Virus record (IMG/VR): IMGVR_UViG_3300042528_000247
Coordinates: 1 to 29,559 of that record
Reading direction: 5' to 3' (one strand)
Source of the DNA: a virus
Lineage: Duplodnaviria > Caudoviricetes
Length of the DNA: 29,559 nt
How positions within the stretch are numbered: the stretch's first letter is position 1; the number at the start of each line of letters is the position of its first letter. Shown piece after piece: positions 18,901 to 25,425 of the stretch. Made by a program: the position numbers and the translations under genes. Below the pieces are notes generated by a model. It was not told the origin of the DNA. It made no database searches and saw nothing but the letters and a program-made list of their open reading frames with translations.

Positions 18901-18941
18901 AAGTAGTCAAAGCACTACGAAACGCCGGACTCTTAGCCTAA
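15918..18941 (+). CDS. tail fibre / receptor-binding protein (1007 aa)
   Basis: Thr/Ser/Gly/Ala-rich with fibre modules 'AQSLTAGQKLQAVTNQGL', 'GTVTSVSV', 'SGNAGTATALATAR', 'TPSSANLAAAVTDETGSG' and two 'GS.S.P...F..D..TG.Y'-like repeats. Confidence 0.85.
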   Translation: MPLDLITNTADPQQRGLIVSILEGGIAPFPNFTRNDTSVAIRILPVVPSTTETRAFDVDYVAGDSYAVSIGAANEAPTAGTFSLEVDGVSTDLTSLDFDVSAEDLEDPLSAASVAGGNPAVTVTLLSEGVYQVDGATNGVLPTITADAANLIPVCSAVVTVIAAGTVSTKGQQIIRLVQQPAAYATPATALPVASVTVSTEQAASSSLNKIIRIAFAAGTYGGLYSLSATVNGVTAVCGSVSPVASVGELSTVLGRHPQLRYNSTTAADNFTVSTDGAAFLVEFIGTLGGPSDPSLSATDISLLAPFGASGTISLNTVNMAKLFWSEGVDSLALTLTVVRTRASGEVKTILSIPVTVPADLIDAGALTTLDGYAGVVRFDVAQSLTAGQKLQAVTNQGLNLTASQLLGQASSGGTGLPVAITLGTNLSMSGTTLNAVDSATGTVTSVSVTTANGVSGTVATATTTPAISLTLGAITPTSVNGVTFSGSGSLANSGTSSLTGFTGSGTSSGTNTGDQTSVSGNAGTATALATARNIFNISFNGTSNVAGDAVNTGHFASIPGTGEAGHFITENGTVPTLIAGRSAWYSNGSGVPSFKNGTGTAVTLVRSSDLGTGVATFLATPSSANLAAAVTDETGSGALVFGTSPTITTGIVAGSATMALLNTMATTVNAFGAAANIVMGGANASGTTTLSQVYVPLNSLTSGTGLYLASTSLTSGKLLDISTTSLNVSGSIVGLNIGLSGSNFTSVVTTTGAAISNTRTGSFSTNNALTLTASGGTTNNALNITAGNSLFPNGSASAPSIQFGSDTDCGIYYIGTNNFGFATGGTLRWHISSSGHLFSGSGNYDYNISASLIKGSSGSVSTPTFTFGSSGDENTGMYRVGEDQIGFTAGGTLRVTVSTTGVTIANALAVTGATTLTGLLTANGGITLGDAQNIAFNTTTGTKIGAATTQKLSFWNATPIVQPTTAVASATVAHTGGGTNIKTDDTFDGYTIAQVVKALRNAGLLA

Positions 18942-18959
18942 CTCACAACCCACAAACCC

Positions 18960-19241
18960 ATGAAATCACTGTTTGAAATTCAAACCGAATCCGGCCAGCT
19001 ATGGCTCGACATCAAAGCGCAACTCGACGCGAAGGATGCGGCGTTTGCGGAATTATCAGCCGAGTGCAGCCGACTCGCCGCGCTGCTCGCAGAAGCCTCC
19101 GCCGCTTTTGACGAGGGCGACATTGCCAAGCTGACAGCGATGCGCGCTGCTGCGCTGCAAACTGAGAACGAAAAGAAGCTCGCCGCCGCACTTGCTAAAA
19201 AGGCAGAGGCGGAAGCGGAGATTGCTGCGCTTACAGAATAA
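18960..19241 (+). CDS. Ala/Glu-rich coiled-coil protein, possible fibre chaperone
   Basis: A/C-rich leader; follows the fibre gene. Confidence 0.65.
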   Translation: MKSLFEIQTESGQLWLDIKAQLDAKDAAFAELSAECSRLAALLAEASAAFDEGDIAKLTAMRAAALQTENEKKLAAALAKKAEAEAEIAALTE

Positions 19242-19244
19242 GCC

Positions 19245-19475
19245 ATGACACTTGAAAACGCTTTGCTCATAGCCGTAAGTTCCGTGACAGGCGCGTTATG
19301 TTTTCTTGCAAGGATTCTTTGGCATCGCAGCGAGCAATGCGAGTCAGACCGCAAAGAGCTACGAAGTGCAATCGAGTCAGTGCGGGCGCAAGCTGGAGAG
19401 AACCACGGTATGCTAATGGCTTACAGAATGTGTCCCGGCAAGCCATGCCCTTTCAAAGAAACCATAAAACCATGA
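19245..19475 (+). CDS. membrane-anchored coiled-coil protein, lysis cassette
   Basis: One N-terminal hydrophobic segment, coiled coil and a C-terminal CPGKPCP. Confidence 0.65.
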   Translation: MTLENALLIAVSSVTGALCFLARILWHRSEQCESDRKELRSAIESVRAQAGENHGMLMAYRMCPGKPCPFKETIKP

Positions 19476-19645
19476 ACAACTACAAAACAACCATCGCAGC
19501 CATCGCCTATGCACTAGGAAAGTTCCTTCAAACATATCAAGGCGGGCCAGCTTGGATTTATCTTGTCGGACAAGTTCTCGAAACAGCAGCAATCGGCGGC
19601 GGCTTTGTTGTCGCCCGTGACGCAATCAAACAACCAAAACAATGA
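19472..19645 (+). CDS. holin-like small membrane protein (57 aa)
   Basis: MNNYKTTIAAIAYALG...GGFVVARD; two hydrophobic stretches; ATGA-coupled on both sides. Confidence 0.6.
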   Translation: MNNYKTTIAAIAYALGKFLQTYQGGPAWIYLVGQVLETAAIGGGFVVARDAIKQPKQ

Positions 19646-19860
19646 ACCCATTTCTTAACGACCCTCGCCGCATCGTCCTAGCTTTCGTCTATGCCGTTTT
19701 CGCAATCCTCGCGTGTTTGTATCTCACAAGCTGCTCCGCTATCAAATACCGCGCTGGCGTCACCTATCACGGTGCTACGCTTTCCTATGACGGCAAGGCG
19801 ATAGTTCTCGGCGTTGACGGCGATAGGCTCGAAAACGACATTCGCGGATACTCAAAATGA
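19642..19860 (+). CDS. putative lipoprotein, possible spanin-like component
   Basis: RR plus hydrophobic core plus lipobox-like LTSC. Confidence 0.6.
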   Translation: MNPFLNDPRRIVLAFVYAVFAILACLYLTSCSAIKYRAGVTYHGATLSYDGKAIVLGVDGDRLENDIRGYSK

Positions 19861-20414
19861 CACGCGAGGAAATCCAAGACATTCAGCGAAAGATTGACGC
19901 CGAGCCGGACGGCTTTTGGGGGCCAAAGTCTATCGCGGCGTGTCAGTCTTATTTGCGCTCGCTCATGCCCGTGCCGAACCCTTGGCCGGAAAGCGACCAG
20001 CGCAGTTTGACGGCTTTCTTTGGCGAGGCTGGCGACGAATCGCAGCTTGTCAGCTTGCCTGCGCCGGAATGGATGACTTACGAGGGCGTGAAGGTGAAAA
20101 CCATTCGCTGCAATCGGCGCGTCGCTGAGTCTTTGGAGCGCGTTCTTATTAAGGTTTCAGAGATTGAAGGGTTCCAGCCGATTGTCTATGACGGATGCTA
20201 CAATAACCGCCCCATGCGCGGCGGGAGTCTCCCGTCGCTACACGCAAGGGGCGCGGCGATTGACCTCTGCGCCGACACAAACGGCAATCTTACATCTTGG
20301 CCAGTTTCGGCAAGGATGCCCTTTGCGGTCATGGAGTGTTTCGCACGTGAAGGATGGCTATCAGCGGGCGCGTTTTGGGGGCGCGATGCAATGCACTTTC
20401 AAAGCACGCGGTAA
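19857..20414 (+). CDS. endolysin, M15-family Zn peptidase with short peptidoglycan-binding-like N-terminus
   Basis: SxHxxGxAxD ('SLHARGAAID'), 'DAMHFQ' and N-terminal 'DGFWGPKS'. Confidence 0.88.
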   Translation: MTREEIQDIQRKIDAEPDGFWGPKSIAACQSYLRSLMPVPNPWPESDQRSLTAFFGEAGDESQLVSLPAPEWMTYEGVKVKTIRCNRRVAESLERVLIKVSEIEGFQPIVYDGCYNNRPMRGGSLPSLHARGAAIDLCADTNGNLTSWPVSARMPFAVMECFAREGWLSAGAFWGRDAMHFQSTR

Positions 20415-20569
20415 AGCTCAGGATAGTGCTTCCGCGCCCACTCGCGCGCCTCATTCTCGGCAAACTCGACAACCGCCTTAGACGGCAGCGCGCCTAGCGT
20501 CATAATGCCGATGCGCTCGTCAACTCGATAGGCGATTTCACGGCGGAGTTGTTCGGGCGTTTCTATCAT
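20399..20569 (-). CDS. hypothetical protein (56 aa)
   Basis: MIETPEQLRREIAY...; ATGA-coupled to the upstream ORF; overlaps the endolysin 3' end by 16 bp. Confidence 0.65.
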   Translation of the reverse strand: MIETPEQLRREIAYRVDERIGIMTLGALPSKAVVEFAENEAREWARKHYPELYRVL

Positions 20570-20934
20570 TTCGTAAGTTCGTTTGCGATTTTTAGCGCGG
20601 ACAATAGGCGATTGCCGTCCTCTACGGTTATCGGCTGAACAAGCCCGCATCGGCTATCGGTAGCCCGCGATTGATCTGCTGCATACGCTTCCGCTGCCGC
20701 CTCAAGTTCGATTAGCGCGTGTTTCAGCGCATCCCGCTCGGCCTTATCTTCTTCCCTAACTATGCTTCCATCTCGCCACATCTCCAGCTCTGCGGTGACT
20801 GCGGCGAGCGAGCGTTCGAGGGTGCGGGCGAAGTCGAGATAACGCTGCGCGATTAACCGCTGTGATTCTGGCTCACCTAATGGCCATTGTGAAACCGCGT
20901 CAGTGAGCGGAGTTGGTCGTTCGTTTGGTATCAT
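20566..20934 (-). CDS. hypothetical coiled-coil protein (122 aa)
   Basis: 'PTPLTDA...DFARTLERSLAA', a pattern I recognise from phage early hypothetical proteins. Confidence 0.75.
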   Translation of the reverse strand: MIPNERPTPLTDAVSQWPLGEPESQRLIAQRYLDFARTLERSLAAVTAELEMWRDGSIVREEDKAERDALKHALIELEAAAEAYAADQSRATDSRCGLVQPITVEDGNRLLSALKIANELTK

Positions 20935-21059
20935 AGTATTTGTTTAGTGATGTATTCCTTGAGAGTTTCCCCTTCTTCACGATCTATCGCCCAAGCTATT
21001 GTCAGGATTGCCCACGCGATAAAGCATATCGGGATGGTGATTAGTTTGATGATGTTCAT
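20931..21059 (-). CDS. small membrane protein (42 aa)
   Basis: Hand-translated MNIIKLITIPICFIAWAILTIAWAIDREEGETLKEYITKQIL*; ATGA overlaps at both ends. Confidence 0.7.
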   Translation of the reverse strand: MNIIKLITIPICFIAWAILTIAWAIDREEGETLKEYITKQIL

Positions 21060-21469
21060 ACAATGTTTTGTTTTGAATTGTTCAACTCGGCTAGCTCTTC
21101 GGCTTTGACGAGTTCAGCGAAGCGATTAACGGCGCGCTCGTGGTCGTCAATCTCGCTCTTCCCGTCATCACCTTCGGGCAAGTCTCTTTCGATTGCTGCG
21201 GCAAGCTCCCGTTCCGCATCAGCAAGCGCACGCCTCGCGGCTTGTAGCTTCGTCGGTTTCGTTGGTTCGATGTTGAATAGTGTGTCTGTTGTCATGGTGT
21301 TTTTGGTTTGTTTTTTCTCTAAAATCTGTTCGCACTTCGCGCAATTCGTCTCTTCCTTTTCGACAAGCTCCATTCCGCAATTCTCGCAGCAAGCGGCGGC
21401 GATTGTCTCGGCAAGGTCGGCGTCAAGTGCGCGGTCGGCGTGGTATTCGTATCGGCGTTGTGCGGTCAT
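21056..21469 (-). CDS. hypothetical protein with N-terminal CxxC..CxxC; possible internal start at 21295
   Basis: CENC/CAKC; ATGA-coupled; A/C-rich leader before the internal Met. Confidence 0.7.
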   Translation of the reverse strand: MTAQRRYEYHADRALDADLAETIAAACCENCGMELVEKEETNCAKCEQILEKKQTKNTMTTDTLFNIEPTKPTKLQAARRALADAERELAAAIERDLPEGDDGKSEIDDHERAVNRFAELVKAEELAELNNSKQNIV

Positions 21470-21708
21470 TTGGTTTGGTTGTGTTTCTCAATTTCCTTAA
21501 ACATCATATCAATTCCGGCGCGAATTGACGGCCATTCATTTTGTTCAAGACTGATTTCGCCCTTTTCGCTTTCATCATTGCATTGGGTTATTTTCAGATA
21601 CTCGCCAGCGGCATCGTCGGAAATCGCGATTGTCGTTGCGGTTTCACAGAAGATTTTTTCTCCCTCTGGTAGTATCATAATGCTCATGGTTCGTTGGATG
21701 TATTTCAT
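21466..21708 (-). CDS. hypothetical protein (80 aa)
   Basis: ATGA-coupled on both sides; 'DDAAGEYLKITQ'. Confidence 0.75.
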   Translation of the reverse strand: MKYIQRTMSIMILPEGEKIFCETATTIAISDDAAGEYLKITQCNDESEKGEISLEQNEWPSIRAGIDMMFKEIEKHNQTK

Positions 21709-21893
21709 GGTTTTTGATTTTCTAGTTCTCTGACTTTCCTTTCAAGTGCTTCAAGTCTCACGAAAACCGATGCGCGGCGTTCAAGTTCAATCAGGTCGCA
21801 AATCAGGCGCGATGCGGACGAGTCGCGTTTGCGAGCCTCGGCTTGCGTCCACGCGAGCAAATCGGCGGGCATTGATACTGAGGTTTTTGTCAT
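21705..21893 (-). CDS. ribbon-helix-helix (CopG/Arc-like) DNA-binding protein
   Basis: MTKTSVSMPADLLAW...SASRLICDLIE: alternating beta strand followed by two helices. Confidence 0.7.
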   Translation of the reverse strand: MTKTSVSMPADLLAWTQAEARKRDSSASRLICDLIELERRASVFVRLEALERKVRELENQKP

Positions 21894-22921
21894 ATCATTC
21901 CTTCGCTGAGTATTCGCCATGCGAGAGCGGCGCATTGCGGCACTTGTCCGTTTCCAGTGGCTTTAAGTCTGTCCACCCTAGAGGCCACCCCATAAGCCAC
22001 TCTACCCACGGCGGGTTCAGCGATCCACCATTTGCATCCGGCTTCACCGCTGTTGACAATCCAATTTGCTTGCCAATTTCTATCCGTCTCTTTACGGCGC
22101 TGTCGCTCATGTTCCCGCGATCCCGATTGTCTGACGCTTGCGGTGTCGGCCAGGTTTTCATCCGCGCAGGGCGCAATGTCCCCTCCGCCATTCCCTCCGC
22201 CATTCCCTCCGCCAATACTCCCGCGTCCACTAGCTCCCGCAGTTGCAATATCGCACCCTCCGATCTCCATCCGTTCACTGTTGGCGTCGGCCATTGTCTC
22301 CTCCCCACTACTGTTTCCAGATTCGGAAACCTGTCCGCCCATGCTGATTCCGGCGTTATCGTCGCGGACATAGCGGAGCAACTTCGGGGAGTCGGCCAAG
22401 TATCCAAGTATCCAGATTCGCTCCCGCTTGTGAGGGGCCCCGGAATCGCAAGCTCCAAGCACACACCATTTCGCATCATACCCCATCGCGGCCAAGTCTC
22501 TAAGGACGACTCCAAGTCCTCGAATAGTGAGCATTGGCGAGTTTTCCACGAACACGTAACGGGGTCTAACTTCGCAAACCACTCTTGCCATTTCTCCCCA
22601 TAATCCGCTTCGCTCTCCGCTGATACCAGCTCCTTTTCCTGCACTTGAAATGTCTTGGCAAGGAAATCCGCCCGCGACGACTTCGACAAGTCCTCTCCAC
22701 GGCTTTCCGTCGAATGTTTTAACATCGTCAAAGATGGGAAACCAAGGAAGGAAACCGTCTTTTTGCCGTGCGTGTAGGACTTGCTGGCAATAGGGTTCGA
22801 TTTCGACAGCGCAGACGGGTTGGTGTCCGAGTAGTATGTCGGCAAGTATCCCGCCGCCAGCCCCCGCAAAAAGGTGGAGAGTTCTGAGTCTGTGCAATTT
22901 ACTGGTGTGTTCATAATTCAT
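21890..22921 (-). CDS. C5-cytosine DNA methyltransferase, alpha chain (motifs I-VIII and X)
   Basis: LFAGAGG, VEIE, GGFPCQDIS, ENSP, HKRERIW and RLKATGNGQVP; the ATG at 22921 overlaps the stop of the DnaC-like gene. Confidence 0.92.
   Translation of the reverse strand: MNYEHTSKLHRLRTLHLFAGAGGGILADILLGHQPVCAVEIEPYCQQVLHARQKDGFLPWFPIFDDVKTFDGKPWRGLVEVVAGGFPCQDISSAGKGAGISGERSGLWGEMARVVCEVRPRYVFVENSPMLTIRGLGVVLRDLAAMGYDAKWCVLGACDSGAPHKRERIWILGYLADSPKLLRYVRDDNAGISMGGQVSESGNSSGEETMADANSERMEIGGCDIATAGASGRGSIGGGNGGGNGGGDIAPCADENLADTASVRQSGSREHERQRRKETDRNWQANWIVNSGEAGCKWWIAEPAVGRVAYGVASRVDRLKATGNGQVPQCAALAWRILSEGMI
21895..22914 (-). CDS. overlapping +1-frame ORF, putative methyltransferase beta chain (motif IX)
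   Basis: 339 open codons, three WPTP repeats and C-terminal LNPPWVEWLMGWPLGWT (motif IX-like); true start uncertain. Confidence 0.72.
   Translation of the reverse strand: MNTPVNCTDSELSTFLRGLAAGYLPTYYSDTNPSALSKSNPIASKSYTHGKKTVSFLGFPSLTMLKHSTESRGEDLSKSSRADFLAKTFQVQEKELVSAESEADYGEKWQEWFAKLDPVTCSWKTRQCSLFEDLESSLETWPRWGMMRNGVCLELAIPGPLTSGSESGYLDTWPTPRSCSAMSATITPESAWADRFPNLETVVGRRQWPTPTVNGWRSEGAILQLRELVDAGVLAEGMAEGMAEGTLRPARMKTWPTPQASDNRDRGNMSDSAVKRRIEIGKQIGLSTAVKPDANGGSLNPPWVEWLMGWPLGWTDLKPLETDKCRNAPLSHGEYSAKE
22181..22214. repeat. 12-bp tandem repeat CCCTCCGCCATT, about 2.8 copies
   Basis: Read directly; encodes GGGN repeats in the alpha frame and AEGM repeats in the beta frame. Confidence 0.9.
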
Positions 22922-23637
22922 ATCGCTGGTTTCTCTCTGAATGACTCCCATTCGCAAGGGATGATCCCGCCGTGTTCGTTCAGCCGGGAGATAATGGAGG
23001 GGCTTGTAGCCTTGGAAAACTCGATTGCGGATTGGTTGCTGATTAAAAGCGTGTCCTTTTTCGCGGCGTAGCGTGCGTCTAGTATGTCGGACAGTATGCG
23101 GTCTTTGTGTCTGCTATCGTCGGCTACTTCGTGGAGTTCGTCTATGATGAGCAGGTCAAGCGCGTGCGTTAGAAACTCCTTATACGCCTCTAGTCTCGCC
23201 ATATCGGTTGTGCCAAAATCACCGTAGAACGCCTTGAGCTTTGCGACTATCGTTGTGAGTTTTGTGTAGTGAAACCATGAGCACTTCGCCGTGCCATGCT
23301 CTGCCCAAAGCCGATCAATGACGTATTGCGCGGCAATCTGAGTTTTACCAATGCCTCTTTGACCTATCATCGCGGCGATTGCGCCCTTTCCGCATAGCAT
23401 ATTGGTCAATGCCGCCAGTGTGCGCTTTTGAAGCACACAGCGCCCGTCTGCGCCGTCCATTAGGCCATCGGCGCGATAACGGCACTCAAAGCCAAATCTT
23501 TTTAGCTGCGGGGCGATGTATGCTTTAAAGTCGTAGGCGTGGCGCTCGGCTTCGGTCGCTGGCTTTATTTCGGCCAACAGTCTTTCAACCGCCTCGACGA
23601 TTCCAAGTTCTCCCGTGTGTTTTGGGGTGTCGGTCAT
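22918..23637 (-). CDS. DnaC/IstB-like AAA+ helicase loader
   Basis: Walker A GQRGIGKT, Walker B LLIIDE, 'ILDARY', 'LLISN', 'SRL' and 'WESFR'. Confidence 0.9.
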   Translation of the reverse strand: MTDTPKHTGELGIVEAVERLLAEIKPATEAERHAYDFKAYIAPQLKRFGFECRYRADGLMDGADGRCVLQKRTLAALTNMLCGKGAIAAMIGQRGIGKTQIAAQYVIDRLWAEHGTAKCSWFHYTKLTTIVAKLKAFYGDFGTTDMARLEAYKEFLTHALDLLIIDELHEVADDSRHKDRILSDILDARYAAKKDTLLISNQSAIEFSKATSPSIISRLNEHGGIIPCEWESFREKPAI

Positions 23638-24419
23638 ATTGTGATGATTTTCCCCACAATGGTTTCGGGATATTCGCCCGATCTACGGTTCTGAGGGCTT
23701 CCGGCCTTTTGACTTGGGAAGAATCCGCCGCGTTGCCAAGTTCGCATCGCCGCTTTCCAATCCTTCACGGGCTTTCCGTTTGCCGTAAATCCGTTTGAAA
23801 GCCAGCCGTCAAACTTGAACGCGCCGTCATTCTTGGTAAGCCCTAGCTCTACTGCATACGCTTCAACTTCCTGCTGAGTCGGCTTTTTAGAAACAATAGA
23901 AGGCGAAGCCGCTTCTTGTTTTTTGGAAATGGAATCAGGAATAGGAGACGGAGACGGAGACGGAGACGGAGACGGAGACGGAGACGGAGACGGAGACGGA
24001 GACGGAGACGGAGACGGAGACGGAGACGGAGACGGAGACGGAGAGTTGCTATTCGGTTGAGCCTTTGGTTGCCCACTCGGTTGAACCGTGGTTGAACCGT
24101 GGTTGAACCGAGCCTTGGCGGAAGCCTTGCCTTTGGCCGATTGTCCGGCGCGATACAAACGCTGCTTTTCTCTTTCAATTTCCATGCGCTCGTTTCTCAG
24201 CTTGCCGTCAGGACACAAAGCAAACTTGTGAGTGATTGCGTTGATCTCGTTTTGCCCGCACCTTGCCAAGTCTGACAACTTAGCGGTGTCGTTCGGAAGA
24301 AAGCCCAAATCCCACTGATAGCAAAGTAGTCGAATATACGCGCCCACTTCAACGCATGAAAACAGGGCCGTGCCGCCAAGAAAGTTGTCGGGATAGAATT
24401 GAAACGCGGGAGGCTTCAT
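23634..24419 (-). CDS. replication initiator, DUF1376/YdaU-like N-terminus
   Basis: 'PAFQFYPDNFLGGT...EVGAYIRLLCYQW', 'LRNERM', C-terminal 'KDWKAAMRTW'; directly upstream of the loader. Confidence 0.85.
   Translation of the reverse strand: MKPPAFQFYPDNFLGGTALFSCVEVGAYIRLLCYQWDLGFLPNDTAKLSDLARCGQNEINAITHKFALCPDGKLRNERMEIEREKQRLYRAGQSAKGKASAKARFNHGSTTVQPSGQPKAQPNSNSPSPSPSPSPSPSPSPSPSPSPSPSPSPSPSPSPIPDSISKKQEAASPSIVSKKPTQQEVEAYAVELGLTKNDGAFKFDGWLSNGFTANGKPVKDWKAAMRTWQRGGFFPSQKAGSPQNRRSGEYPETIVGKIITI
23944..24044. repeat. perfect hexanucleotide microsatellite (GGAGAC)16 plus partial unit
   Basis: Counted 96 bp (23944-24039) plus GGAGA; encodes a Ser-Pro run in the initiator. Confidence 0.97.
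24054..24110. promoter_or_regulatory. putative replication origin iterons
   Basis: GGTTGAACCG(T) three times at an 11-bp period (24079-24110), plus degenerate GGTTGAGCC and GGTTGCCC; inside the initiator gene, as in lambda O. Confidence 0.65.
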
Positions 24420-24622
24420 TTTTCTTCCAGCCTCCAAACCCTAACCTTGCTTCCCTCTGCGCGCTGAGTCATGCGCCATTTATTGTATCTGCCGTAATTG
24501 ACAAGACACCTTGCGGTTTCAGCGTCCACCAAAACAGAGAATCCCGGCTTAATGCTTTTAAGCGTATCATCAAGTCTGCGAACGTGAATCCGCTCAGGTG
24601 GCGGAGGAATGTTTTTATTCAT
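24416..24622 (-). CDS. small basic hypothetical protein, possibly DNA-binding
   Basis: MNKNIPPP...'LKSIKPGFSVLV'...'KVRVWRLE'; ATGA-coupled to the initiator. Confidence 0.7.
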   Translation of the reverse strand: MNKNIPPPPERIHVRRLDDTLKSIKPGFSVLVDAETARCLVNYGRYNKWRMTQRAEGSKVRVWRLEEK

Positions 24623-24628
24623 GCGGTG

Positions 24629-24656
24629 ATTATTCATATTATTCTATATTTGTCAA
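24629..24656 (-). promoter_or_regulatory. sigma70-like promoter for the replication operon
   Basis: TTGACA-N16-AATAAT in a very AT-rich patch, 6 nt before the ATG at 24622. Confidence 0.6.
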
Positions 24657-24709
24657 TGTTTATTATTATGAAGGCGTGAAAATACGTGTCTCATTTTGTT
24701 TTTACTGCG

Positions 24710-24904
24710 CTACTTGCGCGCTGGTATCAGCGGCAAAGATTCGTCCGCTAAGGTTTGTTTCCACCGCTCGACTTCCTTCGCGGCAATCGTGATTTCGTGG
24801 AGTTGCGCCGTGCCAGCGTTAAGGCGGGCAAGGCGAGTGCGCGCAAGGCCAAGCATCATCTTGGCGTGGCTTTCGCGCCGGGGGCGTGGTGTTTTGGTTT
24901 TCAT
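24710..24904 (-). CDS. basic hypothetical protein (64 aa)
   Basis: MKTKTPRPRRESHAK...; operon orientation. Confidence 0.6.
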   Translation of the reverse strand: MKTKTPRPRRESHAKMMLGLARTRLARLNAGTAQLHEITIAAKEVERWKQTLADESLPLIPARK

Positions 24905-24920
24905 TAGTTCGTAAAAAGGT

Positions 24921-25041
24921 GTCCCCATCCTCCGCAATCGCGGTTTCTGCTACCGAGGACTTTACCCACCACTAAATGAACAATCCCAAGTAAGGATAGG
25001 CTTTAATAGCAGACTCGGCAGGACTAGGTTTAGTCAGGGAC
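24921..25041 (-). ncRNA. putative structured intergenic RNA
   Basis: Closing stem GTCCCT/GGGGAC, hairpin GACTA-AACC-TAGTC, stem CTGCCGAG/CTCGGTAG and hairpin CCGC-GATT-GCGG. Confidence 0.45.
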
Positions 25042-25047
25042 GTTAAA

Positions 25048-25425
25048 TTATGGGTAGGTTATCGTGATTTGCGTGTGCTCTTCCTCGCCTTTCGCGGCTT
25101 TGCGTTGCGCGGTTTCGAGCGTGATTTTGTCGTGCTCATCTCCCGCAACAAGGCCGATGCGTCGGCAACAGTCGAGCAACCATTTAACGCTAACATTATC
25201 GGGATCGATAAGGCGTTTTCGGACAGAGATAAACTTGAAATGAACTCTTCCAGATGCTTCTTTTTTTCCTTTGCTCGCTGCCAATGGTTCATCGCAAGCA
25301 GCGCGTTCCAGCTTGGCAATCTGCCCATCACTTTGAATGTAAGGTTTTCCGTAGTCTTGTTCATTTGCGGCGATTAGTGATTGAGATGCGTGAGGAAAAA
25401 GGCGGCGGATTGTGTGCGGGTTCAT
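25048..25425 (-). CDS. RusA-like Holliday junction resolvase, catalytic half
   Basis: 'RKRLIDPDN...KWLLDCCRRIGLVAGDE' matches the RusA D-x-D-N..K...D....G....DD pattern; C-terminal 'TQITIT' strand. Confidence 0.75.
   Translation of the reverse strand: MNPHTIRRLFPHASQSLIAANEQDYGKPYIQSDGQIAKLERAACDEPLAASKGKKEASGRVHFKFISVRKRLIDPDNVSVKWLLDCCRRIGLVAGDEHDKITLETAQRKAAKGEEEHTQITITYP
25059..25364 (-). CDS. nested +1-frame ORF carrying a RusA-like N-terminal segment
   Basis: 'LTFKVMGRLPSWNALLAMNHWQRAKEKKK' resembles the beta1-PSxN-helix start of RusA-like proteins. Confidence 0.6.
   Translation of the reverse strand: MNKTTENLTFKVMGRLPSWNALLAMNHWQRAKEKKKHLEEFISSLSLSENALSIPIMLALNGCSTVADASALLREMSTTKSRSKPRNAKPRKARKSTRKSR

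Noticed and set aside
15918-18941. Diversity-generating retroelement target in the fibre
   Set aside because: No reverse transcriptase and no template/variable repeat pair seen in the window.
21746-22603. 285-aa + strand ORF antisense to the methyltransferase
   Set aside because: No recognisable motifs or start context; likely a by-product of the dual-frame constraint on the - strand, though not strictly excluded.
23944-24110. Repeats considered as a CRISPR array
   Set aside because: Tandem units with no spacers and no cas genes.
23849-24178. ORF with a poly(Arg-Leu) run
   Set aside because: Alternative-frame reading of the GGAGAC microsatellite.
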